From the IMG/VR virus record IMGVR_UViG_3300009068_000024, positions 1 to 64,000 of that record: DNA of 64,000 bases; one strand, written 5' to 3'. This DNA is from a virus. The notes under the pieces are model-generated. The model saw only the letters and a program-made list of their open reading frames with translations. It did no database searches and was not told the origin of the DNA. Below are positions 49,252 to 63,100 of this stretch, in pieces; position 1 is the first letter of the stretch; every line of letters starts with the position of its first letter. The translations under genes and the position numbers were made by a program.

Positions 49252-50649
49252 ATGGCTAAAAGTATCATGGAGCAGATCGCAATGCTTCCACCTGAAGAAC
49301 AGGCTAAAGTGCTATCCGGTATGGATGCAGACTCACTCATGTGGGACTGGTCAGTCTGGGGTAGGCCAGAGCAGCAAGCACCTGAAGGTGACTGGAACAT
49401 CTGGGCTTATATAGCCGGTCGTGGTGCTGGTAAGACTAGAACTGCTGCTGAGTGGGTTCGTGAAGAAGCTAAGTACACAACTACAGGGCAGAGACGCTTT
49501 GCTCTGGTTGCTCGTACTGCAGCTGACGTACGTGACGTTATCGTTGAAGGTGAGTCTGGCATTATGAATGTCACTCCACCTAGCGAGAGGCCATTGTATG
49601 AGCCATCTAAGCGAAGACTAACTTGGCCTAATGGCAATACGGCTACTTGTTTCACTGCTGATGAACCTGACTCACTTCGTGGTCCTCAGTTTACTCATTC
49701 CTGGGGTGACGAGATTGCAGCCTGGAGACAGACTCCTGATGCTGCAGGTATGACTGCCTTTGACAACCTTCGTGTTGGTACTCGTCTTGGATCTAATCCT
49801 AAGATCATGGTCACTACTACACCTAAGCGTGTACCTTTGCTTTATAAGCTTATCGAAGAAGCTAAGACCGGTCGTGTTGTGATTACTCGTGGTTCTACTC
49901 TTGACAATTCAGGTAACCTATCCGGTGCTTATCTTGATGCTATTACAGGAGTCTATGCGGGTACTCGTTTAGCTCAGCAGGAAATCTATGGAGAGATGCT
50001 TGACGATGTCGAAGGTGCACTTTGGACTTCTGAAGTTATTGATCTAGGTAGACAGTCCGGTATGCCTCTTGGAACTCCACTTAGAGTTATTGGAGTAGAC
50101 CCTAGCGTTGCTGAGAATCCTAGAGATGAATGCGGCATTGTTGTATGTGCCTCTACTTCTGAAAGAGATCTTTATAAGCGTCAGGCTTGGGTGCTTGAGG
50201 ACGCTAGCGTTCTTGGCTCTCCAACTGTTTGGGCTGAGAAAGTCGTTGAGATGGCTCGTAAGTGGGGCTGCCCTGTTGTTGCTGAGGTAAACCAAGGTGG
50301 AGCATTAGTGAAGAATGCTATTCACACTATCGACCCGAACATTGTAGTTCTTGAGGTTCATAGTAAATACGGTAAGGCTCTTCGAGCTGAGCCTGTTACT
50401 CTTGCCTACGAGCAAGGTCGTGTCCATCACGTTGGCTTCTTGGCAGACTTAGAGTCTCAAATGTATTCTTGGATTCCAGGCGAAGGCAAGTCGCCAGACA
50501 GAGTTGACGCATTGGTCCATGCTATGACTGCTCTACTTATCAAACCTCCTTCAGGCTTTACAGGTGGAAAGATTACTGCCCGTTCTATGGGAAGCCGAAA
50601 GATAGACACAGGCAGCAAGACTAGCCGATCAATCTTTAGGCTTAGATAA
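49252..50649 (+). CDS. terL: Terminase large subunit
   Basis: AGRGAGKTR Walker A, LRGPQF..WGDE, TTTP, nuclease IGVDP, AEVNQGG, SPDRVDA. Confidence 0.95.
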   Translation: MAKSIMEQIAMLPPEEQAKVLSGMDADSLMWDWSVWGRPEQQAPEGDWNIWAYIAGRGAGKTRTAAEWVREEAKYTTTGQRRFALVARTAADVRDVIVEGESGIMNVTPPSERPLYEPSKRRLTWPNGNTATCFTADEPDSLRGPQFTHSWGDEIAAWRQTPDAAGMTAFDNLRVGTRLGSNPKIMVTTTPKRVPLLYKLIEEAKTGRVVITRGSTLDNSGNLSGAYLDAITGVYAGTRLAQQEIYGEMLDDVEGALWTSEVIDLGRQSGMPLGTPLRVIGVDPSVAENPRDECGIVVCASTSERDLYKRQAWVLEDASVLGSPTVWAEKVVEMARKWGCPVVAEVNQGGALVKNAIHTIDPNIVVLEVHSKYGKALRAEPVTLAYEQGRVHHVGFLADLESQMYSWIPGEGKSPDRVDALVHAMTALLIKPPSGFTGGKITARSMGSRKIDTGSKTSRSIFRLR

Positions 50650-50773
50650 ACTAAACCCCCTAGCCTAGTAAGGCTAAGGGGCTTAGTGTCTAAGGATAAA
50701 TGAAAGTAAAACCTTAGACTTTTGGGGGAGAGATTAGTCCCCCTGCCTATTAGCAAGGGGACTAACCCAACGC

Positions 50774-52720
<1,947 letters not shown>

Positions 52721-52762
52721 TTGAAACACCAATTTTTTATTACAAATTGATAACAACTATTC

Positions 52763-52810
52763 TCGAACACTTGTTCGAAATTCGATACAAACTTTCGAAC
52801 ACTTGTTCGA
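52763..52810. promoter_or_regulatory. Two perfect actinobacterial LexA (SOS) boxes
   Basis: TCGAAC-ACTT-GTTCGA at 52763-52778 and 52795-52810. Confidence 0.8.
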
Positions 52811-52940
52811 AGCTGGAAACAAATTTGGACAAGCCGAAATATACCCATTGGCGGATCGCAGGCCAAAGTCAAAAAAAGTTAAGGTATCATTTTTAAATAA
52901 AGTACGTAAACTTAGGACGAAAAGATGATACACTAGATCC

Positions 52941-53447
52941 ATGACTAGACGTTTAGCAAGAGATCTTCCTCTCCCCCAATCCGAAGTCGACCTCCTCAAC
53001 AAACTGGACCGACGTCGACTACTTTCCAGAGTCCACCAGCTCTATCACGCCGGCTGGACTCTTTCGGCTATTGGGAATGCCTTCACGCCCCCAAAGGGTC
53101 GCTCGACCATCAAGGCTTGGGTTGATCAGAACGACACGTTCAACCAGATCGACGTCCCCATTCCAAATCCTACTCACAAGACCCCTAAAAACGGTTACCA
53201 ACGTCTGACTCCCGTTTCTCCCGGAGTTCCTCCGATCACCGCTGAGCAGCTACGCCAACTAGCCCCCGTTGCCCAACAGTATCGAGCCCGTACTCCAAGC
53301 GGATCTAAACCTGCTATTGCAAACGCCCTTATGAACCAGATCATCCGCGATCTACGTTCCATCGACGTCTCTATTGCCGACATTGCTCGTGCAGCTGGAG
53401 TTACTCACCGTGCAATCGCAAAACGAGTTTCTAAGCTAGGATTGTGA
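52941..53447 (+). CDS. Double HTH DNA-binding protein
   Basis: GWTLSAIG..F...RSTIK.W and VSIADIARAAGVTHRAI. Confidence 0.7.
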   Translation: MTRRLARDLPLPQSEVDLLNKLDRRRLLSRVHQLYHAGWTLSAIGNAFTPPKGRSTIKAWVDQNDTFNQIDVPIPNPTHKTPKNGYQRLTPVSPGVPPITAEQLRQLAPVAQQYRARTPSGSKPAIANALMNQIIRDLRSIDVSIADIARAAGVTHRAIAKRVSKLGL

Positions 53448-53448
53448 C

Positions 53449-53817
53449 ATGCAAATACTTCACGACGTTTTCCCAGCTCACGTTGCTTTAGTTCCGGCAA
53501 ACGCTATCACCGACGTCCACACCTTAGTTTCCTATCCGAACTCTCTCGGAAGCTACTACATTCAGACTGCCCGAGTCATTGTTACCGACACTAGCATCAC
53601 CATTGCAGCAGATGCCCCTGAAGGCCCGCAAATAGTTTTCAACGAACGTTATACGTTCTTTGAAAAGGCAGTAACTCCAGAAACAGACTCATACGTTATC
53701 ACCGAATCTGGAAAAATGCTTGCCTACAAGAAAGACACCAACTGCGGTTGTGGATCACGTCTACGTTCTTGGAATCCATATAAAACCCTAACATCGAATC
53801 GAGACCCAATTGCTTAA
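53449..53817 (+). CDS. Hypothetical protein
   Basis: CGCGSRL motif; coupled to neighbours. Confidence 0.65.
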   Translation: MQILHDVFPAHVALVPANAITDVHTLVSYPNSLGSYYIQTARVIVTDTSITIAADAPEGPQIVFNERYTFFEKAVTPETDSYVITESGKMLAYKKDTNCGCGSRLRSWNPYKTLTSNRDPIA

Positions 53818-54097
53818 TGATCCATACTTGACGTTTATCATCCTTGCTCTAGCCAGTTTTAGATTGACGCGACTAGTCACCACCGACGTAATTTTTGACG
53901 CCCCTAGACAATGGATTTGGAAAAAATTTCCGCCTTCCACAACGCTAGGCTACCTCTTTACCTGCGACTGGTGTACAAGCATTTGGGTTGCATCAGCTAT
54001 CACAATTTCGTATACAATAGTACCAACGATAACTTTGATCGGGGCATTACCTTTTGCTCTATCTGCAGTTGTCGGAATATTGGCCGCACGTGTTTAA
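53810..54097 (+). CDS. DUF1360-like membrane protein
   Basis: LASFRLTRLVTTD.I...R...LFTCDWC.S.W. Confidence 0.8.
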   Translation: MLNDPYLTFIILALASFRLTRLVTTDVIFDAPRQWIWKKFPPSTTLGYLFTCDWCTSIWVASAITISYTIVPTITLIGALPFALSAVVGILAARV

Positions 54098-54135
54098 CCA
54101 TAACAACGTTCCGCTACTAATGACAGGAGAAAATT

Positions 54136-55941
54136 TTGGGCATCTTTAGCCGTAACCAGGATGATAAAAATCCTCAAAAGCCACGCCAAGGCATTCGAGC
54201 AACCTCTGCCAATCAGCGTACTACCACCAACCCAACCGGTCTCCCGTCTAACTCAGTTTTTCTAAACCCAAACTACACTCCTGTTGAGCCAACCGCTTAT
54301 TCAGCCTTACGTCCACTTACTGCAGCTGCAGTTCAAGTACCGCTTAATGACCGTGGTGAAGCAGAACGCTTCCGTAGCCGTAGAACTTCAACATCTTCTA
54401 GCTGGCAATCAGACGCCTGGGAGTATTACGATGCAATTGGCGAGATCAAGTACGCTTTTAACCTAGTTTCTAGCGTTGTTTCTCGTATTCGCCTTTACGC
54501 AGCCGTTATTCAAGACCCTGCAGAAGCTCCAACTCCTGTACGTCTAGCAGATAACATCTCCCCCGACCTAGCTTCTGCTGCAGAACGTGCCCTAGCTCGC
54601 CTAGACTCTGCCTACGGAGGTCAGGCAGGTCTTCTTCGCGACGCTGCTTTGAACCTTGCAGTTGCTGGAGAATGCTATTTAGTCCAATCTCCTGCTCGTG
54701 TTGGCTCAAACGTTCCAGAATCTTGGGATATTCGCTCTGTAGACGAACTTAGCGTTGACGGAAAAGGCAATTATTTGATTGCTGGACGTCGAGACTACAA
54801 TCAGGGTAACTCGGCGATGTCTTCTACTAACAAAAACATCATCAAACTTGCTCCAAACGCATTTGTTGGACGTATTTGGCGAGCTCACCCACGTTTTTCT
54901 GATGAAGCTGACTCCAGTTTGAAGGGTATGCTCGATCTTTGCGCTGAATTGTTGCTTCTAAACCGCACATTCCGTGCAACTGCAAGAAGCCGACTAAACG
55001 CAGGTGCTCTATACCTACCAGATGGCCTTTCTGTAGCCTCTACACCGGACCCAAACTACCCTTACGAGGATGCTGACGGCCTTTATTCTGACCCAACTCC
55101 TGAAGAATTGCAAGATGAGTTCGAAGATCAGCTAATTGACGCGATGACAACCCCGATTCGTGACGAAGATTCAGCTTCAGCAGTTGTTCCACTGATTATT
55201 CGTGGTCCAGCAGACCTTGGAGACAAGATTAAGCAGTTCAAGTTCGAGCGTAGCTTCGATCCAGCCCTTGCAGAGCGTTCAGATCGTGTTTTAGAGCGTA
55301 TTTTGCAAGGAATCGACGTCCCTAAGGACATTGTTACCGGTCTAGCCAACGTAAAGTATTCAAATGCGATGCAAATCGATGAATCTCTCTACAAAGCACA
55401 CATTGAACCTCTAATGTTGCTCATTGCAGACGCTTTTACCGTTGTTTACCTACGTCCTTACCTCTTAGCTAACGGTTACAACCCTGCAGACGTTGACAGA
55501 CTCGTAATTTGGTACGATCCAAGTGCTGTAGCGACTCGTAATGACCGCGCAATGGATGCTGACTCTGGTTTTGACAAGATGGCAGTGTCTTACGACACTT
55601 GGAGACGTGCTCATGGCTTTACTGACCAGGATGCACCGGGCCCAACAGAGCTTGGATTGCGTCTTTTGGTCGAAAAGGGTGTAATTACCCCAGAATTGAC
55701 GGAAGCTTTGCTTTCGGCAGTAGCTCCGGAGATGATGGCAAAGGCTAGAGAGGCTCAACAAGCCTCTAGCGTTGCTCCAATGCCTCAGGATGTGTCACAG
55801 ATGCTCCAGGGCGTCCAGCCAGGCGCAGAAGCTCCTACAGGGGCACCTGAAGCAGCTCCTGCCGCCCCTGAAGCGGCTGCACCAGCTGAAGAGGTTACTC
55901 CAATTCAGTTAGCGGAACCAACAACAACCCCTCAACAATAA
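54136..55941 (+). CDS. Portal protein
   Basis: WQ.DAW.YYD.IGE..YA.....SR.RLY, RIW..HPR...ADS, AS.VVP, G.D.P...G; position after terL, as in actinophage portals. Confidence 0.8.
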   Translation: MGIFSRNQDDKNPQKPRQGIRATSANQRTTTNPTGLPSNSVFLNPNYTPVEPTAYSALRPLTAAAVQVPLNDRGEAERFRSRRTSTSSSWQSDAWEYYDAIGEIKYAFNLVSSVVSRIRLYAAVIQDPAEAPTPVRLADNISPDLASAAERALARLDSAYGGQAGLLRDAALNLAVAGECYLVQSPARVGSNVPESWDIRSVDELSVDGKGNYLIAGRRDYNQGNSAMSSTNKNIIKLAPNAFVGRIWRAHPRFSDEADSSLKGMLDLCAELLLLNRTFRATARSRLNAGALYLPDGLSVASTPDPNYPYEDADGLYSDPTPEELQDEFEDQLIDAMTTPIRDEDSASAVVPLIIRGPADLGDKIKQFKFERSFDPALAERSDRVLERILQGIDVPKDIVTGLANVKYSNAMQIDESLYKAHIEPLMLLIADAFTVVYLRPYLLANGYNPADVDRLVIWYDPSAVATRNDRAMDADSGFDKMAVSYDTWRRAHGFTDQDAPGPTELGLRLLVEKGVITPELTEALLSAVAPEMMAKAREAQQASSVAPMPQDVSQMLQGVQPGAEAPTGAPEAAPAAPEAAAPAEEVTPIQLAEPTTTPQQ

Positions 55942-55958
55942 ACTAAGGAAATATTCAA

Positions 55959-57116
55959 ATGGATATGATAATTAACCCAGAAGGAGCTTCAAGCAAGCAA
56001 GATCTTGCTCAGATGCTAGCTGTTCTGTTGTCAGATACAGTAACCTTCAAATTCCTAGCCCATGGCTATCACTGGAACGTACGTGGAATTAATTTTCCGC
56101 AGTTCCACGACAAATTCGCTGAGATTTACGAAGATGCAGACGATGCAATTGACCCATTTGCAGAAAATATTCGTAAGCTAGGATTTGACGCACCATTCTT
56201 GCTAACTGACTACGTATCTCTTACAGGAATTCAAGCAACTCCAGTTTCAGCCGATCCAGTTGATATGTCTGCTTCGCTTTACCAAGCAAATGCTTACATT
56301 ATTAGCGTAATCAGGGCTACTTTTGAGATTGCCAATGCTCTTAACGAGCAGGGTATTGCAAACTTCCTTGCAGAACGTGATGACCAGCACAACAAGTGGG
56401 CATGGCAGCTAGGCACAATCATTGGAGCTGATTCAACAGCTCAGGGCGACTTGGGAAAATCTGAGGCTGACCTACCTATAACAGCATCGCAAGATGTGGT
56501 AGATCAGCCTGAAACTCCTGTTTACGTTTCAGCTGCAAAGAATGATGATGCTTATCCAACTAAGAAAGTAACCTTCTCGAATGAAACCGAGAAGCAACTT
56601 TCAAGTTTGACTAAGGAACATAATGCCGGAAAAGATCTAGACGATCTTGTTTCAATTGCAACTTTGCGTGCAGTGTATAGACGAGGTGTTCGTGCTTTCA
56701 CTGCTAGTGGTAAGCCAGACACTGAACTCTCCGTTTGGGCAGAAGCTAGAGTAAAAGCATTCTTGTCTTTAGTAGAAAACAAACGTCCATCAAATGCGCG
56801 TTACACGCAGGATAACGATCTGCTACCTACTAGCCACCCTTGCAGCACAGTAGACACTAGTCAAGGCTTGACTGCATCTATTGCTGCTAGTAGAGATCTT
56901 GCTATCTCTATTAAATCTGAATTGGAATATAACGGTCCAGAAGACGCAATCTATTCTCTAGCTGAATATTCAGGATTGGGATATGAAGTAGTTCCAGCAC
57001 TGCGTGCTGTTTGGAAGAGGGCTATCGACGAGTTCGAGCCTCCTTTTGATAGAGCAGTCGGACTAGCTACTAAACTGTATCAAAGTAAAGACGCTGACCT
57101 TCTACCGACTAAATAG
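55959..57116 (+). CDS. dps: Dps/ferritin domain fused to the LRAVYRRG...DNDLLP domain
   Basis: HGYHWNVRG..F...H..F..IY......D..AE.IR.LG ferroxidase motif; HNKWAW. Confidence 0.88.
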   Translation: MDMIINPEGASSKQDLAQMLAVLLSDTVTFKFLAHGYHWNVRGINFPQFHDKFAEIYEDADDAIDPFAENIRKLGFDAPFLLTDYVSLTGIQATPVSADPVDMSASLYQANAYIISVIRATFEIANALNEQGIANFLAERDDQHNKWAWQLGTIIGADSTAQGDLGKSEADLPITASQDVVDQPETPVYVSAAKNDDAYPTKKVTFSNETEKQLSSLTKEHNAGKDLDDLVSIATLRAVYRRGVRAFTASGKPDTELSVWAEARVKAFLSLVENKRPSNARYTQDNDLLPTSHPCSTVDTSQGLTASIAASRDLAISIKSELEYNGPEDAIYSLAEYSGLGYEVVPALRAVWKRAIDEFEPPFDRAVGLATKLYQSKDADLLPTK

Positions 57117-57133
57117 TAAGAAAGATCTCCCCA

Positions 57134-60100
57134 GTGAGTAAGAAAATTAATCTAATTAAGCAGTTTGATGACCAACTAGCAGTCGAGATGCCCGAAGATA
57201 TTTCGGTATCAGAACTAATATTCAACTTCACCCTAGAACAAAACGCTAGAGTGGAAGAGATTCGTCGTGTCACCGAACAGCAATTAGAAACTGTTGCGCT
57301 GAGATCACTCACTGCTTCTGCGACAGAAAATCTTACTACCGACGTACGTTATTTCAACGTTCTACGTGAACTTTCGCATTTCCTTAGTTTGGCTACAGAA
57401 GGTCCACGTCCAAACGGTGAAGACCGTAATACTGATCTACTCCCTGAATACCACCCAAGTTCTACGGCTGAGCTATCACTTGATCCAATCACGTTTCGTG
57501 CTCGCCGTGGGGCTTGGTACTCAGCCGACCCACGAATTGAAGACGAAGAAGTTCGCTCACTAGTTGCATCTGTCTATGGCTCCCACCCGATGGATGTACA
57601 GTTCCAACACGCTTATACACGTCTGCTAGCTCTTCCAGCTGGAAGTCTTCCAGTTGACATTATCGTCAGCCCGCTTACAGCCGGTGTTTGGGGTAAAGTA
57701 AAAAGCACATACAGCAAAGCAATGAATGTTTTTAAAGGAAAGAACTCTAGTTTCTGGCGTTCACTTCGTGCCAAGCGTCAGCTCCGTGACTCTAAGGGTC
57801 GCTGGATCGAGATGGGCGGCGGAGGCCAAGTAAACGTTCGTTTCCCTAGAGGAAATGTTAGAGCTGTCTCAGGTAAAGTTGCTGGCTACTCTACAAAGGG
57901 TGGATATATTGATTTTGAAGTTACAGACATCCCAGGGCTAAAGAATGGTCTGTATAGAGTTCCAGCCGCAGCCTTTGAAGGTGTTGCCGCTATTCTTCCT
58001 GCAGAAGCAGTTAAGGGTCTTCCAGTCGGAAATGCAATTCCTGATGACAACCAGATTATTGACATTAAAGATCTTGTTCCTGCAGAAATGCCTGAGGGCT
58101 GGGTAAAAAGTCCATACACTCCAACCAGCTCGGTTTTTGACAACAATGAACTTGATTCTGACTCAGTTTATGACTCTGCAGACGGCTACACAGCTACTGT
58201 AGTAAATAAGCCAGGGAAAGTTTCTGAAGGATTTGTAAACAAGGCTAAAGAAACATATGGCGATACTCTAGAAATTGTTGGCTCAGATGGTACTGAAAAC
58301 CTAGACATGAGTAAGCCACTAATCACAGTTTGGGCATCAAAGCGTGGTAAAGGAGCCAAGAGCCCTATTGGTTTTGCTCAGGACTGGGCTGGCGTACAAA
58401 AAATTGCTGGAGATGAAGACGATAGATTTGGTGACAAAGATAACCAAGATCTAACTCCAGAAGAAAAGCCTAAGGCTATGATTCCTGCTCAGCCTAGCCA
58501 AAGAAGGGAAAAGCCTGAAGACGAGGGAGAGCCTAATAAGCCGTATGACGATGGATCTAATCCAGACGCTTCTATGCCAGAAGGTTGGAACAAGATCGGC
58601 GATCACACTTACCTATCTAAGGATCGTAGATTCCGAGTAACTTATGGATTTGGCCAGTCTGATGTTGTTTTGGTGTATGACCAAAGAACTGGAAACGTTT
58701 CATTCCAACCAATTATGTCTGACGGTGTGTATACCCTAACCGAACGTGACGGCAATGGTGACTTCACTATGGACACTCAGATTCCATTCTTTAACTGGGA
58801 GCAGGTTGAAGACCAGGTCCATGCTATTAAATATCTAGAAGCTTTAGACCCGCTGTTTAACCCTAACATTGCCAACGTTCCGGACTACCAAAGAGAGATG
58901 TATTCTAAGCTAGACCCATCAGAACGTTTCCAGTACGATTACTTCGGCCCAGGTTCTGACATGATCAAGAAAGCTGATGCAATTATTGCACAGTTCCTGC
59001 AAGACTTCTATCCTGGAGACTTCACCTCACCAAAATTCAATGACAATGGTTTCTGGTCTGGAAAAGGAGCAAGGTCTGATACTTCTGCAAGAATTGTAGA
59101 TTCTGGAGATAACCTAAGAAGCGTTCAAATTATAGACAAACGCATAGGTCCTCTCAAGACACACCCTATCTACCCTGGAGAAGACGAGAATGAGGTTCTT
59201 ACACAGGCTCTTAGGGATTGGTTCGTACTTCCAGATAATCTACAAAGGTTCAGTTTGTATTCAGAGTTTAAAGACTTTGACATTACTAACGGTAGAAGTG
59301 CAGAAAAAACTCGAAAAGCTGTTGCAGAAATATACTACGAGATGCATGTTGCTTCCGAGAATGAACCGAACAAATTTAATGATGATACTTATTATGTATC
59401 TAGACTACATTCAGGGCTAAGAAAATATGTAGACTCTAAAGAAGCAAAAAATACAGATCTAGGTCCTTCTCAGAATAGAGCCAATGATGATTTCATTCCT
59501 AACGAGGGTCAGGTCCGTCGTCTAGTTGCAATCCTAAACTCTAGATACGTTCAAGATGAGCCAGAGCTTTGGGATAAAGTTAGAGCGATCAGAAAGAATC
59601 CTGAAGAGCACACTGTAAAAGAAGTAAATGATCTTGCAGCGTATATTGAAAAGAACTTCCGTGAACTGACCTCACCTGAAAAGGGTCTGGCTTCATGGCT
59701 ACAAAAGTCTTATCTCAAGTGGGCTCTAGATAACAAAAACTGGAGCAAAGAAGAAGCAGAAGAGATCAGAAAAAAGATCGATAACAATACTCTAACTAGA
59801 GCAGAATATGATCAGCTTCACGAGAGAGCTTATAATCTACCTTTTAAACCACTTCAGGCTCCAGAACCTACGCCAGAAGAAATAGCTGAATTAGAAAAAC
59901 TTAGAGCAGCCGAGAACACTGTAAACGGTAAGCCTGACTACTGGCTAGCAGATCAGCCAACTGAAAGCCCTAAATACCTTCGCAGTAATATTCCGCAAGA
60001 GGCTATGGGGCCTAGCGATGGGCAACTGGTTGGTATCGAAAGATTCTTAGAGGATAGAAATATTCCTGAAGAGTTAGTCCAAGAGTTTATGGACAACTAC

Positions 60101-63100
60101 AAGGACATGAATGCTCGTGAAATCCGTGAATGGTATTACACCTTTAAGGAGCACCCTTTTAAAGATCAGTACAAGCCTAAGAACAAGTATGGCCTAGTTG
60201 CTAGAGATTTTGACGGTGCATCTGACAGGATGCTTGCCAGCATTGAACGTATCTTTGACAAAGGATTAGCAAGCGATCGAGAGATAGCTGCAATTGTTAA
60301 GTCTGTTCCTAGAATGAACAAGTACGAGGTAAGCACTCAGATCATGTCTGAGCTTAAAGCTCGTGAAGATGCTTATGACAGCGTTCTAATCAAGAAGGCC
60401 GTTGAAGGCGGAAAGTCAATCAATGATCTAGATTTAGTAGATCTTATCGGCAGACCTAATGCACCTGAAGGCTGGGAAGATTTCAAGCCAAACGATGAAG
60501 CTCGTAAAGAGATTCTCGCTGATCAAAAAGACGAGGAAGAGGTCAAGCAGTTTGTTGACAAGCAAGCTCGTAAGAATGCTGCCCGCAGATCTCGATACGC
60601 TCTAGCTCGTCTAGCAGCTTTTATTGCTAACAATAGGGACCTAGTTAATGCTGATGGCAAGAGAATTATCGACGGAGCACTCGACGACATTAGAGACCTT
60701 AAGCGTATGCTTGACCTACGTAGAAAGTATGTAATCAAGCCTGCTAAGGTTATGGAACGTCTAGAGACCATTAAGAAGGGTCTAACTGATTCAGACAATG
60801 CTCACACTTATGGACGTCTTAAGAATAAGAAGCCTAAGACAGTAGACACTCTTGAAAGACTTGCAGCTGAAGTTGGATCTGTAATTGGAAGAGACGGTTA
60901 CCACAACGGTCCTTACGAAAACGACTATGACCCATCTCTAGAAGATGAAGTAGATCACAGCACATCGGCAGAAGTATTTGAGCCAAACCCTGCTGAATCT
61001 CCAGAGATTCCAGCTGTTGATGATCCAGTTCCTGGACTTATTGACTACTCTAACCACCCAAACAGACCTAGAGGTCCAAGAAGACTTAAGCCTAAGGCTT
61101 TCTGGGGTGTAGTAAGAGATTGGGTAGCCGGAGCTAAGACATTTGACGATGTTGAGAATGCCCTTAAAGATAAAGAACTGCATTTCATAGACTTCGAAAC
61201 TACTGGAGTTTTTGACCCGCTACAGCCACACGTTAAGAACGACCCTATCCAGATTGCTATCTACAAAGTTAAAAACGGAGAAATTCTTGACAAGTTTGTA
61301 GCTTACATGAACCCTGGATCTATCCCAAGTTCCTGGGCTATGACAACTCTGAGAGATGACAAAGGTAATCGAATTACTCCAGAATGGCTAGCAAGTCTTC
61401 CAAGTAAAAGCGAGGTTATAGCTAAGGCCGTAGAATTCCTAGGTCCAAATGCTGTACTAGCCGGACATAATATTGCTGATTTTGACTTAGAGGTTCTAAA
61501 CAGAACTCTTAGAGAAGCAGGGCTAAATGAATACTCTCCTGCCGGAATGGTTGATACTCTAGGTTTAGCTGACTACATTTATAACGTATTTAGTAAGATT
61601 AACCCTAGCGGTCCTTACAAGATGGACACCTTTGGACCATTCGGTTCAACTGCTATCGAAGCTCTAGCTAGATATGAAGGAATTCCTTTCCAAGAGTTGC
61701 ACGACTCTGCTAAGGATCTAGAAATCAACATTCAGCTTCTAGACAAGATGCTTCAGAGAGCTAAATCTGGGACTGACTTGATTAAAGACAATGTCTTTGA
61801 CCTCGACGCTTCAGATAAAGATTACGATGCAAAACTTCCTAAATACCTTGCAGGTAGAGAAGCCTTTATTGAACGTGCTGTTAAGTTCATAGCTGATATG
61901 GCAGTTAAAGAAGCACTTAAGGGCTCGGAACCTGATCCTAAGGATCTTGAAGAAGAAGTACGCAATGCTTTGAATGGAGGGGCGGCTGATGGAAACCCTC
62001 AGGGAGATGGTCCTCCTGCGATTATCCTTCCAGTAGTCGACGGTGAGCAACCTATCACCGAGAGCAACGTTATTCCAGACCCTATTAACAGAATCAAGCC
62101 TCCAAGCCCTAAGCAGCTAAAGAGCGTTGAAAGACGTCTTCTAGACACTAGAGGTCTAGTTTCAGCTGAAAGAGCAGCCGAGATCTGGGATCTTCTACCT
62201 AACGTCAACTCCAACGAGATCGGTGATCTAGTTCGAGAGATGGATGCAGCGGAACTTGACTATGCTATTGCAAACAACTTGCCAATAGATAATTTCCGTA
62301 TTCCACTTGACTACGACATGGAGAAACTTGAGGCTTACAAGGATAAGATGTATCCTGACCGCAACAAGAAAGATGGCCCTAGCCAACTACGTCAAGGTCT
62401 AAACTCACAGAGCGTTTTGTCTGAGATTTCATATGCTATGACTAACTTGCAAGATGCTTTAGGTTCTACTAGTAGTCCAGCAGAAAAGCGTGTTATCAAC
62501 TCTGCCATTAAAAAGCTAGAACAAGCTGCTCAAGACGAGATCAATAATCCATCTCAGAACAGAGAGCGTCCTGCAGATACCAAGGATAAGGCTGAACTGG
62601 CTACAGGTAGACACGACATTGGATTCTTGGATAAGGAATACACTGCACAGCAACAAGATGCTATTGAAGCCGGTATTCGCGGTTGGTCAGTTGTTATCAA
62701 GGCTCTAGCCGGTACAGGTAAGACTACCACTTTGATCGGTCTTGCAAAAGCAATACTTCACTACTTCCCTAAGAAGAGAATTCTTGCTATGGCTTTCAAC
62801 AAAGCTATTGCAGATGAAAACAGACTTAAGTTCCCTGGAAATACTGAAATTAGAACTATGGACTCTGTATCTTTCAAAGCTCCTGTAAATAGCAAACTTT
62901 CTAAGAAGTTTACTGCTATGAAGAAGCAGTCGGATGCAAAAAATAGACCGATCAATGGCTTTTTGGACATAGCTGATTACTTCAAGATTCCAAACGAAGT
63001 AGAGCTAAGTAATGGACAAAGAATTTCTAAGTTCTTAGCAGTAAAAATTACACTTAAGGGTCTAAACAACTGGACTATTAGTGCAGATGACATGATCGAA

